A stretch of 64,000 nucleotides of DNA from Thalia democratica (Eukaryota), in the NCBI GenBank assembly GCA_965202585.1, contig CBDBBG010000121.1, forward strand, positions 1 to 64,000. The letters run 5' to 3'. A program made the translations under genes and the position numbers. The notes beneath the pieces are model-generated. The model made no database searches. It was given only the letters and a program-made list of their open reading frames with translations, and had not been told where the DNA came from. Of the stretch, positions 12,101-24,800 are shown piece after piece (the stretch's first letter is position 1; every line of letters starts with the position of its first letter).

Positions 12101-15100
12101 AAAGTATTTTACACTTTGTTTGTAAATAGTTTTTATCTTCAAAAGCATTGCTCACGGAACTGGTGTATGTTTCAAGTTTGGGTTATTTAAGATATAAAAG
12201 TTTGATTATGAATAACAAAGTTATGATTATTTGAAAAATAATTAAATTAGGAAAAGTAGTGCTCTGTTTAACTTAATAATTTAAAATTAATTAGTGATCA
12301 GCTCAATTAGAAGTATAAAAAAAGATTGTTACTAACTTTATTGACCGAAATTTGACCTACAAGTTTGAATGATAGTTATTCAAAACTGTTTCAAACTAGT
12401 TTGATATGAATTAAAAATAAACTTTTAAATAAAACTTCCATTTTAACCATATCATTTTTAAATTTAATTATCATACTTTTAAAGTAAATAAGGTTTTACT
12501 AGTAAAATAAATGACGAAGCTTTGATTAAGTGTAAGTAATTAATTTAATGATGAGAAATATAAAAAGCAAGCCGTTAACTACAGTTTAATTTTATTTTAA
12601 TGTTTAAATTTTTTTCTGTATTTTGTTTTCAATACTAATTTTTAAAGATTTAACTTTGGATTTTTTATCTTAATTTTTTGTTTAGCGTAACTACATTTAT
12701 AAAAATCGGTTTGTCTATATACTATCAATATTTTGTTGAAACACATTTAACTTAATTGACTATTGACTAAGAGCTCAAATTTAGCTTTTCAAATTTTATT
12801 TTTACTACTGTTAGAATTTTTTTCTACAAATAGTCGTTTTAAGTCATGGCAAAAAACAAATTTTACCAATTTTATCTAATTTTTTTAAATGTATTAATTG
12901 AATTAATTTGCTACTAACAAACAATTCAACTTCAAAAACTAATAAAAGTTTTTGTTTGAAGTTTTTTAAAACGTACTTTTAACCAAATGCTTTTCATTTA
13001 AACTCTTTACCGATAGTATAGTATTTTTAAACTAACAAAATAACTTAAAATATTATAATCATTCTTTTCCGTGAATGTTTAAAAAATTTATTTTTAATAA
13101 CTTTATTTCCATGGGAAAAAGTGATTGTTAAGACAATAAGATAGATTTAAAACTAAATTTTAAAAAGTTAACGAACATTAAAATAGTTTGTTTTTGTAAA
13201 ATATAGACAACGAAACAGTCAGTTTGCGTGTCAAAAGTTCAAATAAAAAATATTTAACGCTATTTTTTTTAATTTACAATAAACTGGAAGGTTAAAAGAA
13301 ACTATTCTATCAAGACTTTTTAAATATTATATCACATAAGCTATAACAACATTTATATTTTTATATACCAGCTAAGTAGTTTTTTGAATAATAAAAAAAT
13401 ATCGAATGACCTGATGTAAAAAAAAGATCAAATTAAGTTATTACTGAATAATAATTAACTTTAATAGTTAGGTAACAGAACAGTTATTTCTCATATTAAA
13501 GTTTTTAAGAATAACAAAGATTTGAAAACAGTTTAGTATAGTCATATTACTAAGTTATTTATACTTTTTTTTCTTTTAATATTAATAATTTTCTAAATTT
13601 TAAAACTTCACAGACTAAACTTATGAATTTAATTTATTTATAATGCTTCTATAATTTACCTTGGCAGCCTTCGCTTAATTTAAAGCATATCGGATATACT
13701 GTTAAATGCCTGACTTAAGTAAACAATCTTTGCTTTTATTTTAAATTGATATTTTCACTTAATTTAGCAAAGACGTTTTAGACTAGTTGAAGTAAAAGTA
13801 CTTGTTTTAAAAAGATTATTTAAGTTATTAGAATAACAAAAAAAAAATATCTAGAAAGTTGTATTTGTAACTTTAATCATTTTTAAAGTGTTCAAAAAAA
13901 AACTGACTTAAGTATTTAATTCATTTATGCTGAATATTATTTTAGATAAAACTTGCAGTACCTTAAAAAATAAAACGTGTTTTAATTCTTGTATTTTATA
14001 TGAGCATAAAACAAAAACATATTTAAAAAGTAAAGCTTCTAACCTATTATTCAATACGGTATATAAGTAATATCGTTAAATAAATTACTTAATTAAACTA
14101 GAAAAATCATATGGTCTTAAAGAAAATGTTCATTACCTGTACTTTTCTTTAAAATTTACACTACTACTTTTTATATGTGAATTTTTGTAATTATGCTTTT
14201 AGTTAACAATTAGTTTATCACAAGTTACATACTCTAAACAATAAGTAAAAAAGATAACAGTCGATGCGAATTAAAGTATTTAAACAAACAAATTTGGTTT
14301 ATAAGTGTTTACGTTTAATTTAATAACGGTTTAGTTATTGCCGAAAACTAACGATTTACGTACAAATACAACAGAACAATATATCCGCTACAAGGCGCAA
14401 ATGAGCAGCTGGTTTTGTTAGCAGCAGACGGAGCGTGAATTCAAAGCAGGGAATACAATACAATGTGCTATACAGCCAAAGGGCACACACGGCAGTGCAA
14501 TTGATTAACAATGTTAAGCTGATTTATATTAGAAAATATTAGTTTGAGAATAAATTGAAAAACTTGTTTTTTTAAGTTTTAATTTGATTTATGGAATTAC
14601 ATTCTTTTAAAAATTTAGCAGGTAGTTAGCAAAGCAGCAATAGATTGATTAAAAAAATTGAAAAGTTTATTCAGGGTTGCTCGAGTAGCCGGTGTCTTTT
14701 GTTGATTTTTGAAATATTCGCTTACACACATTGTGTTCTGTTTGTACACCTTGCTAGTGAATAGTTTTCAGCGGTAATGAAATATCAGTTTGAATTATAC
14801 TACGCTTTACTTTTGTTTGAATTTATTTACGGTCTGGTTTTGTGCACAGTTTTGGTGAAACATAAAAATAATTTTTTATTACTTTTATACAACAATACTT
14901 TTTTTTGACTTGTTTGTCAAAAACTCTTTTTTACTACAGATATTTTTAACAAATTACCTTTGGATGCATTGGTATAATTAACTAAATCTTTATTTAGTAA
15001 GTTTTATCTTACACTTACATGCGTACAATAGAACTAATTTCCGTTTTCTATTTTTCAGAAATTGAATAATGTTTAAGTTTACAAACTAAAATGTTTTTTG

Positions 15101-15877
15101 TTTTTATTATTTCAAAATATTCAATAAGTTACAAAACATAAGTTACTTCATTTAATTGATATAAAAGTTCCGATGTTTATTAAAGTCCTTTCTTTCGTTA
15201 AATTTAAAATCAAAAACAATTTTAACCAGCACAAATGCTTAAGTCTTTATATAAAATGAAATTAGTTTGAAAAAGTCTTACAAACAAACTTAAGATACAG
15301 CCAATAATTTATTTAAATTTTACATAAAGTAAATAAACATAATAGATTCTATTAGTGCTTCGGTATAAACTAATTGAAATTTATACTACAATAGAAATCA
15401 AGAAACTTTTTGAAATGACTTTTTCTTATGGGTTTATTTGTTAAATATTTTTACCTTTTGTTCAAACTTGAAAAAGCACAAGTTAAATTACATAAAATGA
15501 ACTTCACAACATTATGTTTTATATCATAAACAAGGAAAAACAAAATAGAAGCGACATTTCTTAGGCACATTTTTCTACTAAAACTTTAATTTTATGCAAA
15601 TACCTCGACCATTTAAAAATAGAAGTTTCAGTCGAACACGTACCTACAGCTACATGGATATGAATAGCACGCATTCTTCTACTTATGAGCGCTTAAAACC
15701 AGAAATTTTTCAGCTTTAATTCTCAGCAAGGCGACCACGTAAAAGGGTTACGCCCAGTGCAAAGCTACCAGAGAAATTTTGCAAAAACTTTCGCGTTAAA
15801 ATCGTCACGTTTACGGCTGAAATATCGGAAATTTCACATCAAAAGTTGACTTTTTGTCTTGTTCTTTAATTACCATA

Positions 15878-15905
15878 ATCTATCTATCTATCTATCTATC
15901 TATCT
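15878..15905. repeat. (ATCT)7 microsatellite
   Basis: Direct reading: seven ATCT units. Confidence 0.95.
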
Positions 15906-18287
15906 AATCATTTAGTCGTAAAATTGAATTGATATTTGTAGTAAAATGCTTGTTATGTGGTAGTTTGTAAAGATAATAAGCATAAGTGAATTTCAAAAGA
16001 GCCTTATATAAACATTGGTTGTTTGTTTTCTTAAGTCAAAACTGGAGTAAAACTTTATTAGTTAAACATGGTTCACCAAATGAATAAAAAATATAATAAA
16101 CATTTTTTACGCATGCAATTTTACTTTCAGATGTAAAGTGATAAGCTAGAGAGTTTTTGAAACTGCATTATTAATTTTTTGAAAAGGTGTTTTGTTTACC
16201 TTAACTTTGTTTATATTTTAGTAAAAAACAGTTTATTAAATCCTTAACAAAATAAGTACATTTAAAGGCAACTCGTGTAAAACAGAAATATTTTTGTATT
16301 ATGTGTTACATAAGTTTTTACTTCTTCAAGAAAATAAAAACTTTAAAACTTTTTATTATGTTTTGATTTAAAACATATTATTAACCGGTTTTTATTTTTA
16401 TTTTATAAAATTAGCTAATTCAAGGTAAAAATACAGAAAGAAAAATGTTTAACTTCAAGTTTACATAACTCCTTCACATATACATGTTAATCAAACATAA
16501 CATAATTTATCAGAACTGTTTTTAAGTTTTATTGAAATAAAACCTTAGCTTTTAAAAAATCTAACATTTTGTATTTTGCATTTAACATGTATGTTAAGGA
16601 AATAAAATAAAGCATTTTATCGTAAATATTTCGTTACATTTATTTTATTGTGAACATTTCTATTTGTTTAATTTTTGTACAACATATTTTATAATTGTGT
16701 TTGTTTTTTGTAAAGGTTTTAATGTTCGGCATTTTAAATTAAACCAAATTTAGCTAAGAATGTGTTTTATTTGTTTTTATACTTTTTTTTTCACAAAGTT
16801 TGAGAATTATAATAGTTAAAATATTTATATTAGTTTGTATTAGATGTGTTTACATATATGTAAAAAAATATTTCTCAAAAATAAAAACATGATTTATGTA
16901 AAAGTAAACGTTTTAGAAGTTTGCGTTTTGGTTATAGATTTAACTCTAAATTAGTAAACATGTTTAACTAGTATAATGCTGTTTTATAACCTTTAGTTAA
17001 GCTATTTACTAAAAATTTGCTTAAAACAGTTAAAGAAGTTGTTTGTATTATTTTTTTACTCGACAAAAATCTAAAAATAACTAAGTAAAATGAATTAAAT
17101 AAAAAGCGAATAAATCAAATATAAATTAATAAATTAATAGTATTGTTAGTTTTATGAGTCAAACAAATACTGCTTAAATATAAAGTGACTCATCTATAAA
17201 AGTCAAGGTCAGTGATAAACATCCAATTAGAGAGTTAAGAACTCAAAATTAAAGAAAACTAGTAACGCCTATTTTGGTTATTGCAACACAAAAAGAAATA
17301 CTTAACTTTTTATGTTTGAGTTTAAAACTAGAAAAAAATAAATATAAAAAATATTTTCACACATATTTCGCTATGAGTATTTCGTAAAACCGCGCAAAAC
17401 AGTTAATTCTAGTAATTTGTTTTTTCTTCAAACTAAATTAATTAATGCCAACAATCGGTGAAATTAATGCCACACTTCACGGAATGTTGCAATTCGTATT
17501 TCTCCTCTTAATCTTTCCACTTTCTTCTAAATACTAGTCAGTCTAGTGACAGCTGCTGCATTTTACGTCATTATCAGTCAGTTTTTATCGCTAGCTTGCT
17601 TCATTGTTATAAGTACGAAAAATTAGACAGTAATTTATTAGTTTTGCAATTTATTTAGGTGTAAATGTGGTAAAAAAAACAAATTCATGTTTTAGTATGC
17701 TTTTTGTATGGTCACAGTAGTTTTTATTTGTAAACATTGTTTGTTTTATATATTTCTATTATATACAAAGACGTGGTTTAGTTTGTTAATGTTTCTTTTT
17801 TAGTTAAAGAGGTATAAATGTTTAAAATCGTTTTTAAACATTTCAAGTAATTTTTGAGAAAAAAAGAGTCTGTGTTTTGCTTTGAGAAAAAGAAACTTTT
17901 TTAAAACATAATTTTTTTGGATATTTTGCTTAAAAATATAAAAATGAATTAGTACAAAATATTAATTATAACTAATACCTTAACACTTTTCTATACATTA
18001 AACATACCTGGTTTTGTTTATAAAGTTTAGTTTAATAATTAGTTGAACTTCATTTATTTAAAAAAAATTTTAAATTAAAGAGTAGAAGTTGAATGCTTTT
18101 ACAACATATAGATGCAATTAAAAACTATTTAAATTATCGTAACAAGATTTAAATTAAATAATAATCGTTTCTTTTTCAGCTTTGGGTTTTTTTGCCCTTT
18201 TTGTTATCCGAATAACTTCGGTAACTACTTGTTAGTAATTTGCACATTCAAATAGTTCCAAGATTCTTGTTTTTTATTTTGTTCCAG

Positions 18288-18352
18288 CACTGATGAAATT
18301 ATTTTAAGGAAATTCAAGTAAAGAACATTCAAGTAAAGACAAAGTTTACAAG
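18288..18352 (+). other. Candidate non-coding 5' UTR exon of the integrin gene
   Basis: Strong acceptor ttttattttgttccag and donor aag|gtaagg. If spliced to 21757 it places in-frame stops upstream of the ATG at 21779, as expected for UTR. No transcript evidence. Confidence 0.4.
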
Positions 18353-18412
18353 GTAAGGGAGTCATAAAATTTTCGTATAAAAACTAAGTAGATGTAGAGT
18401 CATAATGTAGAG

Positions 18413-21400
18413 CAGGGGTCGGCAGGCAGTTGGTGCTCGCGGGCCAAATTTCAAGTTTCCAAAATCTTCGCGGGCCGCAGTTTTAGTTTTAGTGACATTT
18501 GAACAATTTTTTTAATTTAGTTTTAGTCACATTAAAGAAAGTTTTACTTTTGTTCACTTTATTAATTTTAATGATATTTAGCTACACATAGAATGCCTAT
18601 TTTAATTATAAATATTTATTGGAATAAAATTTACATTGACAAATATACTTAAGTCTTAATTAACTGTGTACTATTTTCAACATAATTAATGCTCAAATAC
18701 TCTAATAAAGTACTTTATTAGTAATTAATTAGCTTTTAACATAGTTTTCACTTTTAAAAAAAGTGCAAAACCTTGCAATTAATATAGCTCAGATACCTAA
18801 CTAAAACATCATCAGTATAAAAAGTACACATTGTATAAGTAGATCAGAAAAAATTACAGCTAGTAAACTACACTACAGTCATAAAAACTGTTCTGAGAAT
18901 TGAAAGATCTATTTTAAGTGTTTGAAATAAATGTTTACCTGAGTTTCTTTTAAATGTCTCAAACAGGTTTAAACTAGTTTGAATTTTTCTAATGTTTAAA
19001 CTAGACTGTATGTTTGGCAACCCTTTTTAAAATAAAGTCACAAATTAAAGAAATAATAAAGTTTATTAGCTGTGAATTAAATATATAGCAAAAATAATAT
19101 CATAAGTCAGCTTGAATGGACAATTACGTTTCTTAAACATTTTCAACAAAATTTAAAAATTTGGTAAGCCATTAATAAAGTAGAAAAACTTAACTTTTTA
19201 TTGAACATTTTAGCAATTCTTTATCTGCAATAAATATATTGTATTTAAAGAATAAATGTGAAATATATGATGAGCTATAAAAACTAAAAAACGTTAGTTA
19301 GGAGTTATTGGGAGAAAAAAAATACAAATAGCTATAGTTAGTTTCAACAAAGCAAATGATTATATTCAGTAACTACAGACTGATCAGAAAAATTGTTAAG
19401 ACAAGCTATAAAGTAGCAAAAATACTTACTACAAAGAAGATACCATTTAGAATTAAAATTTTTCTTAATAATTTAAAGTAGTAGGTAGTAAAATTTTTTT
19501 GTTTATTTCTTCAATGTTAACCAGAAGTCGTGTTTAGTAAATCTCTAAAGATTATAAAGCAGCATAAATCAAATTAGAACTTTAATCAATCTGTTAAGAT
19601 GGGAGACCTTGTACAACAAATATTGCTCATCTGAGAGTTTTTATTAAAAGTGTTTCTACTGATTTTGATTTTTTAGAAAAGTTTCTAGGTTTAATTCCAA
19701 TGCACAACAATAGGTAAATGCGTTTTAAAAGCAAAGATGAATTGCACTTACATAAAGTTTTCAAAAGTATAACTTTCTGCTTCTTTTTTTGGTATAAAAT
19801 TAAATTATATGTAATAAAAAAACTGTCTTTAGTAATGTAGCAATACTGAATAGATATTGTTAAGCTACTTTTAATGTGTTTATAAACAGTATCTATATAG
19901 TAATTTTTTTTGTGTCAAACGAAATTTCATTACTTTACACGTAAAAATTGTTTAAAATGCCAGTTTTTTTCACTATTTCTCAATTTCAAGGTTTTTCTAG
20001 AATTTTTAAGCATAAATATTCAAATTCAAAGCTTTTCCGGGATTCAAGTTTTTTAGCAACACTAATTGTTCACACCTATATGTATACAATTATAAAATTA
20101 ATGTTTCAAATTTTATCAGCTGCAAGACTTAAAGTTTAACATATCTTATAATTCAAACCGACACTGTAAGTTGTACAAAACATACATCATTAATTTAATT
20201 TGCCTGTCATAAAGCATAAAAGCCAGCATAAATGACCAAAAACTAGCCTAATATTTTGGTACACAAATATTTTTTTAAACAAAAAACTGAAAAATGACTA
20301 ATTTGACTTTATATTTGAAATCTACAGATAGTCATAGTTTAAGTGTGTGGCAATGTATAGTTGTTTATTTGCTTGATTTTGAACTGTATTGATTAACAAT
20401 ATACAAACCTTATAAATTTACCATCCCTAAATTTAGCTTGTATTAAAGAGGTACTTCAAAAAAGCAGCCACTGTGTATATTAGTGCAAAAAAATTAACTT
20501 AGTTTGTCGAAAAAACATTGTTTGAATTATGAAAATGTATACCTATCAAATAATATTTTAATTTATATAATGTATTGTTTTAAATGTGTTTTTACACACC
20601 TAGATACTACATGTATAAACAATAATTTTAGAAAATTATGAATTAACTAAACTTAATCCAATTTAAGCATTAAATAAAACGTGGTTTAAAATGGGAACCG
20701 CTAATTTCCAACCCTCGATCATAACCCACCCGATCAAATCAATCCGAGAACCGCTTACCAACCAAAGGTTAGGGGTAACAGTGAAAGTAAAACATAAATT
20801 ATAGTAAAAAAAAAATACTAGAAATTAAAGGAATAAATAAAGAAAGTTAAATATATTTTCGAGTGGAAATTGTGCGCGGGTAGGACTTAATCGGGTGGGA
20901 AATGATCCTAGTGGGAATTGTCAGTATGCCCATTAGAATATGAGCATCTTTGTACATTTGTGTGCATAGGAGTTTAAAGTGCTAAACTATTTATAAAAAA
21001 ATCAAAATGTGTGAAAATCAAAATAAAATAAACTTTTTTTCTTACTAATATGTTATTTTAGATGTTTTTGTGCACAATCAAATATAACTTTTGGTAATAA
21101 AACATCTATAAAAGAAACTTAGTTTTAAAAAACATGTAAAAAACACCTAAACTTGCTGTTGTAAGAGGAAAGTTATGATGAAACTGAAAAAAAAAACCTA
21201 GTGGAGTGCTAATCTGTCTTTTTTACATTTTTAAGCTGATACTGTAAAGTTTTTTAGTTGTTTTAAAATGTTAAACAGGGACTTAAAACGAAATTAATTA
21301 AATTAAACAAAATCCAAAATAAGTTTAACTTAAAATATTTTTTGCTCAGCGGGCCATATTTACATGCTCGCGGGCCACAAAATTTTGTTCCGCGGGCCGC

Positions 21401-21491
21401 ATTCTATTCAAAAAATAAACGTTCTCGCGGGCCGCAGATTTACTCTTCGAGGGCCGCATTTGGCCCGCGGGCCGCAGTTTGCCGACCCCTG
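18413..21491 (+). mobile_element. Degenerate hAT (Charlie/SPIN-like) DNA transposon, 3079 bp
   Basis: TIRs CAGGGGTCGGCA / TGCCGACCCCTG. 8-bp TSD ATGTAGAG on both sides (18405-18412 and 21492-21499). Multiple subterminal GCGGGCC motifs. Transposase relics IVKTSYKVAKILTTKKIPF (19392-19448) and DGRPCTTNIAHLRVFIKSVSTDFDFLEKFLGLIPMH (19598-19705) resemble GTF2IRD2/SPIN-type hAT motifs. No intact ORF. Confidence 0.92.
20691..20933. mobile_element. MITE-like element with about 50-bp imperfect TIRs nested in the hAT relic
   Basis: The left end atgggaaccgctaatttccaaccctcgatcataacccacccgatc aligns with the reverse complement of the right end (atgggcatactgacaattcccactaggatcatttcccacccgatt). The ends are GC-rich around an AT-rich core. 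Confidence 0.6.
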
Positions 21492-21778
21492 ATGTAGAGT
21501 AACTGTTGTAACTGCTTTAGTTACATTTAAAATTGTCTGTAAAATTTTCTGGTCAAATTAATTTATTTTAGAATATATATCTTGATTTTATACAAGATAC
21601 AACTTATAAATTTCGTTTCTAAAATGTAGCTCCCTTTTTAACTGTAACAGCTTTTTGCGTAATCATTAACTAACCATTTAAATTAAAACTAAATTTAAGG
21701 CTTAGCTGTTTTACCTTTTACTTAAAAACATGAGTTTACAATTGTTTTTATCACAGGAAAGAAATCAAAGAAGTAAAT

Positions 21779-21872
21779 ATGAGGTTTGCCTCATTAGGAA
21801 GCATTTTCCTTGCTCTACTATTGTTGTTAAGCTGCCACAATACTAATGGACAAGATTCTACTGAGTCTAAAG
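21779..21872 (+). CDS. ITGB4-like: Integrin exon 1: start codon and signal peptide
   Basis: Acceptor tttatcacag at 21756. [24 protein letters not shown]|QDSTESK. Phase-1 donor matches exon 2. Confidence 0.85.
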
Positions 21873-24800
21873 GTTAAAAATACTCGTTTAATGTATTTAA
21901 ATCTGTGATTGGATATGCTTCAAAATTTGTTAGAAATTAGTTCCAAAATAACCAAAATGATTGATTAATATATTGTTGATTTGATTTCCTTTAAATCTTT
22001 AATTAAACTCAACAGTTTGACTAGTTTTTGAAACACTAGTAAATGAAAACCAAAACAAATATTATGGATGAAGTTTATAATTTTAAATTATTTTAAATCT
22101 TAGTTTAATTCGACCGTGAAATTTTTGTATTTATTTACTAAAATAATTTAAATGTATGGAGAAAGACAAATATTTGACATATGCTCGTTAGAAAAGTTTA
22201 CCTTAAGCAAAGTTTAACTTGTTTTGACTTAAATTTGCTTTGATTGTAACATTTTTTGGTTTTGTATCTTTCTGAAAAAAATTTGCTTTTAAAAAACGGC
22301 ATTGTTCAAGCTTTAACATTAAAGGTTAAAGCATGATTTATAAGTAGTTAAAAATTAAAAAACTATACAACAAAACATATTTTTATTTTATGCTGAAGTG
22401 TTAATATAAAACGACAAAGTAAATAAAACAAAACAATTTTTTATAAAGATTTTGTGAATGTCTTATGTGTAACAGAGATTAAAAATAGAATAAATTGTAA
22501 AAATTAAGTTTATTTTTTATTCAAATCCTTGCAAAAAATACTATTAAATGTAAAGTTTAAACAGCTGACTAAATATTCGCTAAAGATAAACAAATGACAA
22601 AATGTATCAGTGTAAATAAATCTTTTTTGATGTATAAATGGTAAGAAGCAAAATTATTTTGCGGTTGTTATTTTTAAGACAGCTAAATTAATATTTTTTA
22701 TTTGTTTTAAAACATACAGAGTGCATAAAACCAAAATAATCCTTAAAATGGAAACTTTGCATTGAATAGATATTGTCACGTCTTAATTTAGTTAAACTGG
22801 TATGATATATATTTTTTCAAGGATATATTTTTAGAAATTGTTTTTTAAATTTATTGAGAAACTTTTAATACTTATTCATTCAAGAGTACGTATTTTTAAA
22901 CAAATCAGAATTAAAACAGTTTCGAGTTAAAACAATGCTTTTTGATATAAATTATCTGTGAAAAAACTATTTTGACATAAAACTGTAAAAAATACTAAAC
23001 TTCATTAATACGAAACTCAAAAGAAAAGTTGTTTGTTTCATAGTGAAAACAGCTAGTGTTCAAAATATATTTTCCAGATATTTCTGTACTACGTGCTGCT
23101 TTTATTTGCTATTATTACGTCACAATCTAAACAATCAGTTTGTTTCCCCATAGTACGAATTTTACACAGCTAATCAATTATGCTTTTTCTTAGGGGTTTT
23201 GTACATTTTTTGATTTCTTGTTCAGTTTTTAAGGCACAAAATATTTTATTCATTGCGAAGAAAGCTTTTATGATAAAAATTTGCAATTGTTTAAATACAA
23301 ATAATAAATGTTGTGAGTCAAACTATAAAAAAACGTTCCTGTATTTGTTTTATCACAGTTTTATATTTAAATGATCAAAAGCGAGGGTTTTTTTTTGACA
23401 AACATAATTTAATAATATGTTGCTTAGTAAAACATTTATAATAGATTACTGTAATTTCTTAACTAAAAGCCTAGTAGTCACTATTTTAAGGACAAGTTGA
23501 GCTTTTAAGATGTACTTAATCTATGGTGTCTTGTGTTTTTGTTTACTAGTCCTTCAAAATAAAGTAAATGTTTATCACTTTGATACTTATGTCGGATAAA
23601 TACTCAAGTATTTTTAAACAGATAAAGACAAAAAGTAACCGCAGAACCTTTTTAGTAAATTAAAAAACTAATAATTTTTTTTAGTAACTATTTTAATAGT
23701 TAAAGAACATCTGTGAGAAATATACTATCTAAGACAGAAATAATAAAATAGATAAAAACTGTGAAGAAATAACAAAAAAAAACGAAATAATTTTTTTATT
23801 TCAGATGTGTGCAAAGCATCCGCTGGATGGCAATACTCCGCCTCCTCATCCAGGTATTTCTCCTCATCATCAGGAGGAGGTTTCTCCTACTCCATGTCGG
23901 AGTTGAGTGTCATTTGCGGGGATTCCCTCGTTCCGCAAGAGTGCATCAGAGCGCATCCGCAGTGCCAGTGGTGCGCGCAAGAAGTAAATTGATTTAATTG
24001 ATTTCAAACTATTAAACTTTGTTGACCGAATATTTAAAGTGATTTTTATTTTAGGTTAATGAAAACTTTTACATAAGTTTACCAAGTATTTATAAAACTT
24101 TTCAACTATTTTGATGCACAAAAATTACTTTAAACCCATTTTTTAAGTCACATTTTTAACTCATAGTTTTATTTTTCCTTCATATTTTGGTATTTATCTT
24201 GGTTCATTCTTAACTTTTATACTAATTAGTAACATTTTACAAACAAAACTTTTCAATCATTTTGTAACAGTCTTAGTTTATTATCATTCACGTTTGATAA
24301 CTTAAAATGTTATTACTTTTCATCAGTTGTTTCTTCAAAAGATCTTTGATAAAACTAAATTTTATAATAATCTTTATAAACCTCAACATAGAGAAAAACT
24401 TGAATTTTTAGTTTAAAATCCTTTAACTTTAGTGAAAGCTTGCTTTTAAGTAAATACGTTTAAAGTTGTGGATATGTTTTAAGATAAATAAAACTTCACA
24501 AAGTTAATAGAGTTTTTATTTCAAACTGTTTTTACTACTTCAAATGAAGCAGTTCAACTAAATTGCAGTCAAAACTTAAAAAAATATTTTAAATAATTAA
24601 AAGTTTTTTTATCTAATACAAATTAGTTCATGATATTTATATCTAGCTTAAACTTGAATTATATAATATTTTATGAAGATTTATTGTCCAAAATTGTATT
24701 CTTTAACTGTAATCCATAGTAAAACGGAAAAACCATAAAACACATAATTTATACTCTATACGGCTTTAGTATAAGATCGAAATTCCTGATATCATGTTCA

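Noticed and set aside
14380-17620. GC-raised intergenic patches (about 14.4, 15.7 and 17.5 kb) as promoters
   Set aside because: They are plausible, but no diagnostic element allows a TSS to be placed.
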